Of a DNA stretch of 64,000 nucleotides, positions 29,253 through 38,304 are shown in pieces. Both the position numbers and the translations under genes were made by a program. The stretch's first letter is position 1; each line of letters opens with the position of its first letter. Origin of the DNA: an uncultured Planctomycetaceae bacterium (GTDB lineage: Bacteria > Planctomycetota > Planctomycetia > Planctomycetales > Planctomycetaceae); NCBI GenBank assembly GCA_963815195.1, contig CAWFGE010000013.1:1088001-1152000 (forward strand), in the 5' to 3' direction. The notes beneath the pieces are model-generated. The model did not search any database. It saw nothing but the letters and a program-made list of their open reading frames with translations, and was not told the origin of the DNA.

Positions 29253-30286
29253 TTGAATGTCCACAAAAAAACCATCGCGAAGATCGTGGTCACGCTCATC
29301 GGCATCGCGCTGGTCGCCGGATTCGTGTGGTGGTCCGGCGTCAAGGAGTTGAAAGAAGCCTTCGCAAAAGCCGGTTGGAACTTGGGCTGGGTGGTCCTGT
29401 TTCACTTCGTGCCGGTGACCGTGGAGATGGTCGGCTGGTGGAGTCTGTTTCCGCCGCGGGAACGGCCTCACCTGATCTGGATGTTTTTGTGCCGATGGGT
29501 GGGCGAATCGGTCAACAACACCTTGCCGGTGGCGCAAGTCGGAGGGGACGTGGTCCGCGCCCGGCTCGCGATGGCGCGGGAGCGTCCGCCTCGGAGAGCG
29601 GAGCGGCGACGATCATCGATTACACGTTCGGACTGCTCACGCTGCTCATCGTCGGGCTGGTGGCGCTGGAAATGCTCGTCACCCGCCAGGGCTGGGGCGG
29701 ATGGATGGGCTGGGTGCTCTTGGGCGTGTTCGTGCTGGGAATCCTGCTCATCGGGTTTCTGATCGCGCAGGCGACGGGAAAGATGTTCGGCCGGCTCCGC
29801 GAACTCGTCAAGAAAGTTTTGGAGAAGATTTCCAGCCGAGCGCTCCAGGCCCTGCCCGGCGGGGCGCACCGATTCGACGAACGGCTCGTGGCCCTTTACC
29901 GCGACCATTGGGGCCGATTGGCGGTCGACGCGTTTTGCCGAAGCGCATCCTGGATCGTAGGCTCCGTGGAGATTCTGTTGGCCCTCATGTTTCTGGACGC
30001 ATCGGCGACGAGCCTCGAAGACGCCTTCATCCTGCATGCGATGTCGATGCTCGTCCGCAGCGTGGCCTTTTTCCTGCCGGGCGGGTTGGGCGCTCAGGAA
30101 GGGAGCTTTGTGCTCGTGGGTGAAGTTTTGGGCATGTCGCAATCGACGGCCTTGGCGCTCGGCCTCATTCGCCGGGCGCGAGAAATCCTGCTGGGACTGC
30201 CCGGCCTCGCCGTGTGGTGGTTCATGGAACGCCGCCAAAACACGAAGGCCGATTCGGACGCCGAATCAACGCCATCGGCCCGATGA
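29253..30286 (+). CDS. Lysylphosphatidylglycerol-synthase TM / HpnL-like membrane protein, frameshift near 29580
   Basis: GESVNNTLPVAQVGGDVVRA; AFFLPGGLGAQEG; LIRRAREI. Confidence 0.78.
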
Positions 30287-31042
30287 TGGCAATCGAACGT
30301 GCGATGGAAACGCGATGCGTTATACTGGCACGCAGGTTATTATCTCAAACTGTAAGCCTTTGGGTGTAAGCGTTTGGGTGGCAGGGGCGCAAATTCCCCT
30401 TGGAGTAAGGCTTGAACTGTGAATGCTGGGGCTATGGCCGAGCGAGAAAAATTTCCCACGGCCCCAGACCTCAAATCTGCTTTTTCCTTGGAACATTCCA
30501 TTGCGCCCAGCCACCCCCTGCCGAATCAACGCCATCGGCCCGATGATGGCAATCGAACGTGCGATGGAAACGCGATGCGTTATACTGGCACGCAGGTTAT
30601 TATCTCAAACTGTAAGCCTTTGGGTGTAAGCCTTTGGGTGGCAGGGCGCAAATTCCCCTTGGAGTAAGGCTTGAACTGTGAATGCTGGGGCTATGGCCGA
30701 GCGAGAAAAATTTCCCACGGCCCCAGACCTCAAATCTGCTTTTTCCTTGGAACATTCCATTGCGCCCCAGCCACCCCCTGCCGAATCAACGCCATCGGCC
30801 CGATGATGGCAATCGAACGTGCGATGGAAACGCGATGCGTTATACTGGCACGCAGGTTATTATCTCAAACTGTAAGCCTTTGGGTGTAAGCGTTTGGGTG
30901 GCAGGGGCGCAAATTCCCCTTGGAGTAAGGCTTGAACTGTGAATGCTGGGGCTATGGCCGAGCGAGAAAAATTTCCCACGGCCCCAGACCTCAAATCTGC
31001 TTTTTCCTTGGAACATTCCATTGCGCCCTAGCCACCCCCTGC
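30260..31042 (+). repeat. Three head-to-tail copies of a 260-bp unit
   Basis: GCCGAATCAACGCCATCGG starts at 30260, 30520 and 30780; copies differ by single-base changes and indels. Confidence 0.95.
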
Positions 31043-31112
31043 ACTTTCGACTCACAGTCTGAATTATTAACATGCGGGTCGGTTCGCCAAAACTCACACT
31101 GTCGACGGAAAG

Positions 31113-32135
31113 ATGGCATCGGCCATGAAAAAGATTCGTTGGGGGATTTTGAGCACGGCGAAGATCGGGACCGAGAAAGTCATTCCCGCGATGCAGGAGT
31201 GCCGGTTCGGCGAAGTCGTCGCGATTTCTTCGCGGTCGGAAGACGCCGCGAAAGCCGCCGCCAAACGCCTGGGCATTCCGCAGGCCTACGGGTCTTATGA
31301 GGCGCTCCTGGAAGATGACGAGGTGGATGCGATCTACAATCCGCTGCCCAACCATCTCCACGTGCCCTGGTCGATCAAGGCCCTCGAAGCCGGCAAGCAC
31401 GTGCTCTGCGAAAAGCCGATCGGCCTCTCCGCCGCCCAGGGCCGGGAACTCGTCGAGGCGGGGAAGATGCGCCCGAGCCTCAAGCTGATGGAAGCCTTCA
31501 TGTACCGCCATCATCCGCAATGGCAAAAGGCCAAGGCCTTGGTGAACGAGGGAGAGATCGGCGACTTGCGGAGCATCCAGTCGTTCTTCTCCTACTATAA
31601 CGACAACCCGGACGACATCCGCAACCAGGCGGACATCGGCGGCGGCGGGCTGATGGACATCGGCTGTTATCCCATCTCGCTGTCGAGGTTTATCTTCAAC
31701 GCCGAGCCGACGCGCGTCCTGGGCCGTGTGGAATACGATCCCGCGCTCAACACGGATCGGCTGGCGTCCGCGATTCTGGACTTCGGCCGCGGCACATCCA
31801 CGTTCACCTGCTCGACGCAGTTGGTTCCTTATCAGCGGGTCAATATCTTCGGCACCCTAGGCCGGGTGGAGATCGAGATTCCCTTCAACGCCCCGCCCGA
31901 CCGCCCCTGCCGGATTTGGCATCAGCGGGGCCGGGACGACATCGAAGAAATCGCCTTCGAGACCTGCAATCAATACACCATCCAAGGCGATCTGTTTGCC
32001 GAGGCGATTCTGAACGACACGCCGGTGCCCACGCCCATCGAAGATGCGGTCGCGAACATGGAAGTCATCGAAGCCGTCGTGAAAAGCGCCGAGCGGGAGT
32101 CGTGGATCATCCCGGGCAAATCGGGCCGCGATTGA
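31113..32135 (+). CDS. Gfo/Idh/MocA family oxidoreductase
   Basis: WGILSTAKIG, YNPLPNHLH, KHVLCEKP, MDIGCY. Confidence 0.92.
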   Translation: MASAMKKIRWGILSTAKIGTEKVIPAMQECRFGEVVAISSRSEDAAKAAAKRLGIPQAYGSYEALLEDDEVDAIYNPLPNHLHVPWSIKALEAGKHVLCEKPIGLSAAQGRELVEAGKMRPSLKLMEAFMYRHHPQWQKAKALVNEGEIGDLRSIQSFFSYYNDNPDDIRNQADIGGGGLMDIGCYPISLSRFIFNAEPTRVLGRVEYDPALNTDRLASAILDFGRGTSTFTCSTQLVPYQRVNIFGTLGRVEIEIPFNAPPDRPCRIWHQRGRDDIEEIAFETCNQYTIQGDLFAEAILNDTPVPTPIEDAVANMEVIEAVVKSAERESWIIPGKSGRD

Positions 32136-32164
32136 CAATTCGTCTCGGCGGGTTATGATCGGCG

Positions 32165-32358
32165 TTCGACATGGGTGTTCCGTCGCACTCGGCGTGCCAC
32201 GGAAAGAATAGGGAAGACGGTGCGAATCCGTCGCGGTCCCGCCGCTGTAATCGGGGACGAACACTGCAAGAAACCACTGCGGACAATCAAAACAAAAACT
32301 CCGCGGGAAGGTGCAGCTACTAGATCGATCCGAGAGCCAGAAGACCTGCCCAATCGTC
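32165..32358 (+). ncRNA. Cobalamin riboswitch
   Basis: AATAGGGAA-GACGGTGCGAATCCGTCGCGGTCCCGCCGCTGTAA...CCACTG...GGGAAGG...AGCCAGAAGACCTGCC (B12 box). Confidence 0.93.
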
Positions 32359-32534
32359 GGTTTTGTCAACGAATCTTTCGAGGATCAAAGTCGTTGCGGC
32401 TGTTTGCGCCGGCGGTTGCGCGAAAACGCTCTTCTGCTGCGCCCCTCTCCCTGCAAGGCTTATTCCCGAGCGATTCGCGGGCGGAAATGCGCATTCCGCT
32501 TTGGATGATGCGAAAAAGACAACGGGAGATTGTC

Positions 32535-33410
32535 ATGCCACACGCTTTTAAGGAACGGTCGGCTTCAGAAACCCAAAACCCATCCAGAGGATTCACGCTG
32601 ATCGAATTGCTGGTGGTGATTGCCATCATCGCCCTATTGATGGGCCTGTTGCTTCCCGCGGTTCAGCAGGCCCGGGAAGCCGCTCGGCGAACGCAATGCC
32701 GGAGCCGATTGAAGCAAATCATCCTCGCCACGCACAACTATGCCGAGACCTTCGGCACCCTGCTTCCCTATAAGATCGACGACCGAACCGAAATCCAGTA
32801 TCAGACGGCGGGCGGCGGGACGCGGGGCAAAATCCATTACTGGTTCGGCGTCGTCAACCACGCGGAGCCCGATCCCCTCAAACAATTGGACTTCGCGAAG
32901 GGCTATCTTTCCCCCTATATGGAAACCAACCGCCAGGCGTTTCAATGCCCGGACTTCGGGCCCAATCAGGTCGATCGCGTGCGGTTTGGGGAGATGGCTT
33001 CCGGCTATGCCTATAATGGCCACTATCTCGGCCCGGGCATCAACTATGATTATTCCAACTGGCCGAACATCGGCGTGTCGTCCGAGCCGATCGTGTACCG
33101 GTTTCGCGACGTTCGGCAGACGACGCAAACCATCGCCTTCGCCGATAGCGCCATCTACAACACCTGGAGCTATTCGCCGGGCCAACTCGTCGAAAACTGG
33201 CTCCTGGAACCGCCGAGCAAAACCCAGCCCACCGTCCACTTTCGGCACAATCAGACCGCGAACGTGGCCTATGTCGACGGCCATGTGGAAACGAAAACGC
33301 CGAGCTTTATCACCTTGCCGTTCTGGTTTACGCCGGCGGACATTAAAGCCAACCGGGACCATGACCTCGGCTTTGTCGGCAAAGACGACGCCGATTATGA
33401 TCGCAACTAG
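32535..33410 (+). CDS. DUF1559 prepilin-type N-terminal cleavage/methylation protein
   Basis: [29 protein letters not shown]-terminal [12 protein letters not shown]. Confidence 0.92.
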   Translation: MPHAFKERSASETQNPSRGFTLIELLVVIAIIALLMGLLLPAVQQAREAARRTQCRSRLKQIILATHNYAETFGTLLPYKIDDRTEIQYQTAGGGTRGKIHYWFGVVNHAEPDPLKQLDFAKGYLSPYMETNRQAFQCPDFGPNQVDRVRFGEMASGYAYNGHYLGPGINYDYSNWPNIGVSSEPIVYRFRDVRQTTQTIAFADSAIYNTWSYSPGQLVENWLLEPPSKTQPTVHFRHNQTANVAYVDGHVETKTPSFITLPFWFTPADIKANRDHDLGFVGKDDADYDRN

Positions 33411-33539
33411 TGCATTTTCAATGCTAGGAATTCGGATCAGCCGGAACGCGCTAGCGTCCGGTTCGCCGGCGAAAACCGGAGGCGAGCGCCCTGCGGCTAA
33501 TCTTTTCAACCCGAAATTCATGCTCTGACGGAGCACTAG
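33407..33539. repeat. CTAG-bounded MITE/REP composite (CTAGTGC...GCACTAG)
   Basis: Starts at the TAG stop of the DUF1559 gene; internal REP palindrome; inverted partial copy at 33930-34010. Confidence 0.65.
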
Positions 33540-33588
33540 TCTAGTATTCATAACTTCTTGGACTTAAACACCGACGAGGAGCGGATCC

Positions 33589-33933
33589 ATGCAATCATTG
33601 AAATACATCCTGCTATTAGCAACCGTCGGCGTGGCGGCTTACTGGATCTTGCCGTCGCGTTCCTCCAGAGGAAACGTCTCGCGGGACACCACTGAGGATG
33701 TGATGTATCTCTGCCGGGAGACGAAACAACGGATGCAAGCGCCTCCACAACAGGTGCCGGCGATGAATCCTCAGACCGGCCGGGCGACGCTTTATCGAGC
33801 GCTCTATTGTGCCGAGTGCAAAGGTTGGCGCGCCGTTCCTCCGCCGGAACTTTATCCGGGAAACCCGCTGACCTATCGTTGCCCGAAACATCACCGCCAA
33901 ATGACCTCCAGCGGACTTTTGGAAAACAACTAG
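33589..33933 (+). CDS. Membrane-anchored small Cys-rich protein
   Basis: N-terminal TM; YLC, CAEC, CPKH; GAGGAG RBS. Confidence 0.8.
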   Translation: MQSLKYILLLATVGVAAYWILPSRSSRGNVSRDTTEDVMYLCRETKQRMQAPPQQVPAMNPQTGRATLYRALYCAECKGWRAVPPPELYPGNPLTYRCPKHHRQMTSSGLLENN

Positions 33934-34010
33934 TGCTCCGTCAAAGCATGAATTTCGGGTTGAAAAAGTTAACCACAGGGCGCTCGCCCCGGTTCTCGCC
34001 GGGTGAACCG
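33930..34010. repeat. Partial inverted copy of the 33407-33539 element
   Basis: CTAGTGCTCCGTCAAAGCATGAATTTCGGGTTG matches the reverse complement of the right end of the first copy. Confidence 0.7.
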
Positions 34011-34064
34011 CATTGGCACACAACATCTCAATCGAAAATTGATTGTCTCGCTGAGGAGCTATCC

Positions 34065-34766
34065 ATGTCGCCGCCGGAACCGATTGCCCTGTGTTGGAGC
34101 GGAGGAAAGGACAGCAGCCTCGCCCTCGATCGGCTGCGCGCCGGCAATCGGTTTCGCGTGGTGGCCCTCGTGACAACGTTTACGGAAGACTATCGCCGCG
34201 TGAGTATGCACGGCGTCCGCCGCGAGCTTTTGCTCGCGCAAGCCCAGGCCGTCGGTTTGCCCTTGGAAGAAGTCTGGATCCCGCGCGAGGCGAGCAATGT
34301 CATCTATGAGTCACGGATGGCCGAAGCGCTTTCCAACCTACGTGATGCCGGGGGCCTTCGCGCCGTTGCTTTCGGAGATATATTCCTTGAAGACCTCAAA
34401 ATTTACCGCGAGAAACAGCTTGCGGCTTTGAAGATGAACGGCCTGTTCCCGCTGTGGAAACGCGATACCCGCGAACTCGCCCGCGAGTTTGTCGACGCGG
34501 GATTCCGCGGCGTGACGACTTGCATCGATCCCCGCCGGCTGGACGCTTCGTTTGCCGGTCGCGAGCTCGATGCCCGGTTCTTTGCGGAATTGCCCGCCGG
34601 CTGCGACCCGTGCGGCGAGAACGGCGAGTATCATTCCTTCGTGTACGCCGGCCCGGATTGGGCGAACACGGTTGCGATGACTCGCGGCGAAATTGTCGAG
34701 AGAGATTCCTTTTTGTTCTGCGATTTGTTACCACTGGAGCAGACGACCCCGATCCCTAGCAAGTGA
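34065..34766 (+). CDS. Adenine-nucleotide alpha-hydrolase / Dph6-like PP-loop ATPase
   Basis: WSGGKDS PP-loop; FGDIFLED; DPCGENGEYHSFV. Confidence 0.88.
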   Translation: MSPPEPIALCWSGGKDSSLALDRLRAGNRFRVVALVTTFTEDYRRVSMHGVRRELLLAQAQAVGLPLEEVWIPREASNVIYESRMAEALSNLRDAGGLRAVAFGDIFLEDLKIYREKQLAALKMNGLFPLWKRDTRELAREFVDAGFRGVTTCIDPRRLDASFAGRELDARFFAELPAGCDPCGENGEYHSFVYAGPDWANTVAMTRGEIVERDSFLFCDLLPLEQTTPIPSK

Positions 34767-35383
34767 GTGAAGTTATGACTCGTCCCAATGTCTTTTTTAT
34801 CGTCGGCCTGGCCGTTTATACGCTTTCGATGCGGTTGATGCCCTATGCGCTCAATCATTTGGGCGTGGCGATTGATCCGGAAAACACGTTTTATCCTTGG
34901 AACTTCTCGCCGATGTCGGCGTTTTGCCTGTTCGGCGCCGCCTACTGCGGCAGAAGATACCTGGCATTCTTCCTGCCCGTCCTTATCCTGCTGGAAGGGG
35001 ATCTCGGCATCTGGGCCCTGACGGGAAAAGTCGAATGGGCTTTTCATCAGAATATGGTCACCGTTTATAGCGGTTACCTATTGATCGCCGCACTCGGCAT
35101 GTGGTTGCGCGGCAAGCGCTCGTTGCCCGCCGTGTGGTGCACGGGGCTTATGGGCGAAATCCTCTTCTTTCTTCTGACGAACCTGGGCGTGTGGTATTTT
35201 TATGCGACCTATTCTAAAGATGCCGCGGGATTGTTGGCGTGTTATACGGCCGGCTTGCCCTACTTTGGGAAGTCGGTGGCGAGCACGCTGTTCTTTACAA
35301 CGCTGATCTTCCGCCCCTATATCCTCAAGGAACGCAAACTGCCGGCCGTTGTTTCGGAACCATCGCGCATTGCGGCCTCATAG
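34763..35383 (+). CDS. DUF6580-like putative transport membrane protein
   Basis: WNFSPMSAFCLFGAA, FFLLTNLGVW, GLLACYTAGLPYF; multi-TM. Confidence 0.75.
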   Translation: MSEVMTRPNVFFIVGLAVYTLSMRLMPYALNHLGVAIDPENTFYPWNFSPMSAFCLFGAAYCGRRYLAFFLPVLILLEGDLGIWALTGKVEWAFHQNMVTVYSGYLLIAALGMWLRGKRSLPAVWCTGLMGEILFFLLTNLGVWYFYATYSKDAAGLLACYTAGLPYFGKSVASTLFFTTLIFRPYILKERKLPAVVSEPSRIAAS

Positions 35384-35512
35384 GCCATGATTCTGTAACC
35401 AATGATTTTGTGCCCATGATGGCCCCGCTCTATCGCGCTAAAGAAAGTCACAAAATCATGGGGCACAGAATCATATCTCTGCTTTCAATCCCTCTGCCAT
35501 TCCGCATCCCGT

Positions 35513-36448
35513 ATGACCGAGCATCGCATTGTATCGCTGATTGCAAGCGCGACGGAAATTGTCGCGGCGCTCGGGCTCGCGGATCGGCTCGTGGGCCGGT
35601 CGCATGAATGCGACTATCCGTCTTCGGTGAAACGGCTGCCTCCTTGTTCCGAAGCCAAAATCGACGTCAATGCAACAAGCCGGGAAATCGACAACCGGGT
35701 CAAGGCGATCCTCCAGGATGCGGTTTCAGTGTATCGCGTGTTCCCGGATATTCTCGAGCGGCTGGCTCCCACGGTGATCATCACGCAAACCCAATGCGAA
35801 GTCTGCGCGGTGAGTCTGAAGGATGTGGAAGCCGCCGTCTGCAAATTGGTGACGTCCCGCCCGCAGATTGTGGCCCTCGAACCGATGTCGCTTGCGGATC
35901 TTTGGCAAGATATCCACGCCGTCGCCAAGGCGGTGGATGCCTGGGATCGGGCGGAGGTTTTGGTCGCGGACTTAAAGTCGCGGCTTGCGGTTCTTCAAGA
36001 GCGGGTTGCTCAAATTTCCGATCGGCCGCGGATCGCGTGTTTGGAATGGATCGATCCCTTGATGGCGGCGGGGAATTGGGTGCCGGAGTTGGTGGAGATT
36101 GCGGGCGGCGTGAATCTTTTCGGCGAAGCGGGCCGGCATTCGCCTTGGATGCGTTGGGAGGATCTCGTTGCGTCCGATCCCGATGTGGTCGCGATCATGC
36201 CCTGCGGTTTTGACATTCCGCGCACGCTGGCGGAGCTCGATCCGCTGACGAGCCGGCCGGAATGGGCAAAGCTCAAAGCGGTTCGGACCGGCCGAGTCTT
36301 TGTGACCGACGGCAATCAATACTTCAACCGCCCGGGGCCGCGGTTGGTGGATTCGGCCGAGATTCTCGCGGAACTTTTGCATCCCGAAACGTTCCATTTT
36401 GGACATGCGGGCGCGAGGCGACTTTCGTCATTCGGGAGGACACTGTGA
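35513..36448 (+). CDS. Cobalamin-binding (BtuF-like) substrate-binding protein
   Basis: RIVSLIASATEIV..VGRSHECDYP; CLEWIDP; MPCGF; YFNRPGPRL. Confidence 0.88.
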   Translation: MTEHRIVSLIASATEIVAALGLADRLVGRSHECDYPSSVKRLPPCSEAKIDVNATSREIDNRVKAILQDAVSVYRVFPDILERLAPTVIITQTQCEVCAVSLKDVEAAVCKLVTSRPQIVALEPMSLADLWQDIHAVAKAVDAWDRAEVLVADLKSRLAVLQERVAQISDRPRIACLEWIDPLMAAGNWVPELVEIAGGVNLFGEAGRHSPWMRWEDLVASDPDVVAIMPCGFDIPRTLAELDPLTSRPEWAKLKAVRTGRVFVTDGNQYFNRPGPRLVDSAEILAELLHPETFHFGHAGARRLSSFGRTL

Positions 36449-36615
36449 GCGGCACGGCGCTAGCCGCCGGCGTTAAGAACGGCACGGCGCTAGCCGCCGG
36501 CGTTAAGAGCGGCACGGCGCTAGCCGCCGGCGTTAAGAGCGGCACGGCGCTAGCCGCCGGCGTTGATATTGTGAGTCTGCTTTCATCGAAGCCGGAGGCG
36601 AGCGCCTACCGCTCA
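36446..36615. repeat. REP-like element with the left arm amplified four times (30-bp unit GGCACGGCGCTAGCCGCCGGCGTTAAGAGC)
   Basis: Units at 36451, 36481, 36511 and 36541; inverted arm at ~36590-36615. Confidence 0.85.
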
Positions 36616-36662
36616 GATTTTCAAACGCGTTGAGCTAAGACAAAGCAACGAGGCAACCGAAC

Positions 36663-37574
36663 TCAGTAGGCTCCAACGGCCTCGCCGCCGTTCCGTGTGC
36701 CGAGGGCTTCAAAGATGGAGAGCTGGATGTTCTCGCTGATGAATACGACGTGGCCGTCGGCCATTACGAAGTGCGCGCCGCCGACGTGGGAGCTTCCGAA
36801 ATCCTCGATATCGTTGGCGATGTTGGGAACATCTCCCGCGTGCCCCATAAATCGGCCCGGCGCATCGTCCACGCCGGGGAGCGCCCCGGCCCAGGTTCCG
36901 TAGAAGGGGCCGTTCGTGGGATCCTGAAACGTCGTGCGTTCCCCGACGATCAGGGTGTTGCTCGCTCCGTCGGTGATGTCCCGGATCTTGACCGCGCTAT
37001 TGTGATAGAACATGCCGTCGCTTAAGCACTGCCCCTCTGGCGAGACGGGCGGCGTTCCCGCGGGCGATGTGTAACAGTCGTCGAGTTCCACCGTTCCAAA
37101 CACGCCCGCATAGTTGGCGGTCGCCATTTGGACGGGATTGCCGGTGCGGTCCGCCGTTTGGAACGTCTCCGGTTTGGGATCGCTGGGGCATTGGTAGACC
37201 GTCAAATGCTGGGCGAGCAAGGCCCGGTTCGGCGATGCATCCAGGGGACTGCTGAAATTGAACTGTCGATAAAGCGGGGCCTGATCGAGATAGGGCAGAA
37301 TCATCGTGCCCCAGGCGAAACCGCTTTCGCCCAAGACGCTGGCTCGGCCGTTCGTCACGCCGATCCATCCGGAAGGGAACGCGGCAGAGACATCGTGGTA
37401 ATTGTGGAGGGCCAGGCCGATCTGCTTCAAGTTATTCTTGCAGTTCGCCCGCCGGGCCGCTTCCCGGGCCTGCTGGACGGCGGGCAACAAGAGGGCGATT
37501 AAAATGGCGATGATCGCAATCACCACCAACAGTTCAATCAAAGTAAACCCGCGGCGGGCGCGTGGATGAGACAT
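36663..37574 (-). CDS. DUF1559 prepilin-type protein
   Basis: [38 protein letters not shown]. Confidence 0.92.
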   Translation of the reverse strand: MSHPRARRGFTLIELLVVIAIIAILIALLLPAVQQAREAARRANCKNNLKQIGLALHNYHDVSAAFPSGWIGVTNGRASVLGESGFAWGTMILPYLDQAPLYRQFNFSSPLDASPNRALLAQHLTVYQCPSDPKPETFQTADRTGNPVQMATANYAGVFGTVELDDCYTSPAGTPPVSPEGQCLSDGMFYHNSAVKIRDITDGASNTLIVGERTTFQDPTNGPFYGTWAGALPGVDDAPGRFMGHAGDVPNIANDIEDFGSSHVGGAHFVMADGHVVFISENIQLSIFEALGTRNGGEAVGAY

Positions 37575-37779
37575 GATGTTTCTCCCAATATTCGAAGCGC
37601 CGGGAATAAAGCAGCGGCGCAATGGAGGACTCAAAATCGAAAAATGCAGATCGCAAGGCGCGCAGCCGCGAGTTTCTTTTGAAAACCGGCGCGCGGAGTC
37701 GTTCGCTGCATCAACCGTAGCGGTGCCGAGCAAATCGGCGGCACGATGCCGCCGCTACGAGGATTGCGGCTCGACGCCT

Positions 37780-38193
37780 TTAAGCCGAAGGCGGGCCGCG
37801 GGAGTCGTAGACGGCCGGGAGAAAATTCGCCGTCACCGGGCAAGAAAGCAGGACCGGTTCCCGCACCGGCTCGGTTCCTTCCGCGAGCTCGATCGCGGGC
37901 GTCTCCAAAGGCGGATGGGCCAACGTCTGGCAGACGGGGCAGTCGTCATCGTGCCCAGGCGCCGGGCAAGGCGGATGGGGATGCGAGCCTTCCGCGCTGG
38001 ATTCCGGATGAGTCTCACCGCTGTGGCAATGGTGATGATGGGGACCATGCGGCGCGGCGGCGTGTTGATGCTCGACCGCCTGCGCAGGACAAGGCCCGTG
38101 GTGATGATCGTGCCACGCCGGTCCCCAGGTGACGACTAACAAATAGCCGACAACCGTCGCATAGGAGGCCAACTGGCGAAACAACCGGCTCAT
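37780..38193 (-). CDS. His-rich DUF2946-like protein with CxxC and C-terminal RGPP
   Basis: TM segment, HDHHHG..HHHHCH, HDDDCPVCQ, ends SRGPPSA. Confidence 0.78.
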   Translation of the reverse strand: MSRLFRQLASYATVVGYLLVVTWGPAWHDHHHGPCPAQAVEHQHAAAPHGPHHHHCHSGETHPESSAEGSHPHPPCPAPGHDDDCPVCQTLAHPPLETPAIELAEGTEPVREPVLLSCPVTANFLPAVYDSRGPPSA

Positions 38194-38304
38194 CACGGAC
38201 TCGAAATGGAATAAGAATTCAGGCCAACGGATTTGATTATCGTTATTCGGTTTGTTTTTGCAATGCTTGTGCATTAAATAATTCTGAAAATTCACATTCC
38301 GAGC

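Noticed and set aside
30260..31042. CRISPR array or a family of small repeated genes
   Set aside because: The 260-bp units have no spacers, and the short ORFs change frame between copies and do not look like proteins.
32175..32534. N-terminal extension of the DUF1559 ORF
   Set aside because: This region is the cobalamin riboswitch and expression platform; the prepilin leader fits the start at 32535.
36451..36564. CRISPR array
   Set aside because: The 30-bp units are contiguous with no unique spacers, there are no cas genes, and the unit is a REP arm seen elsewhere in the window.
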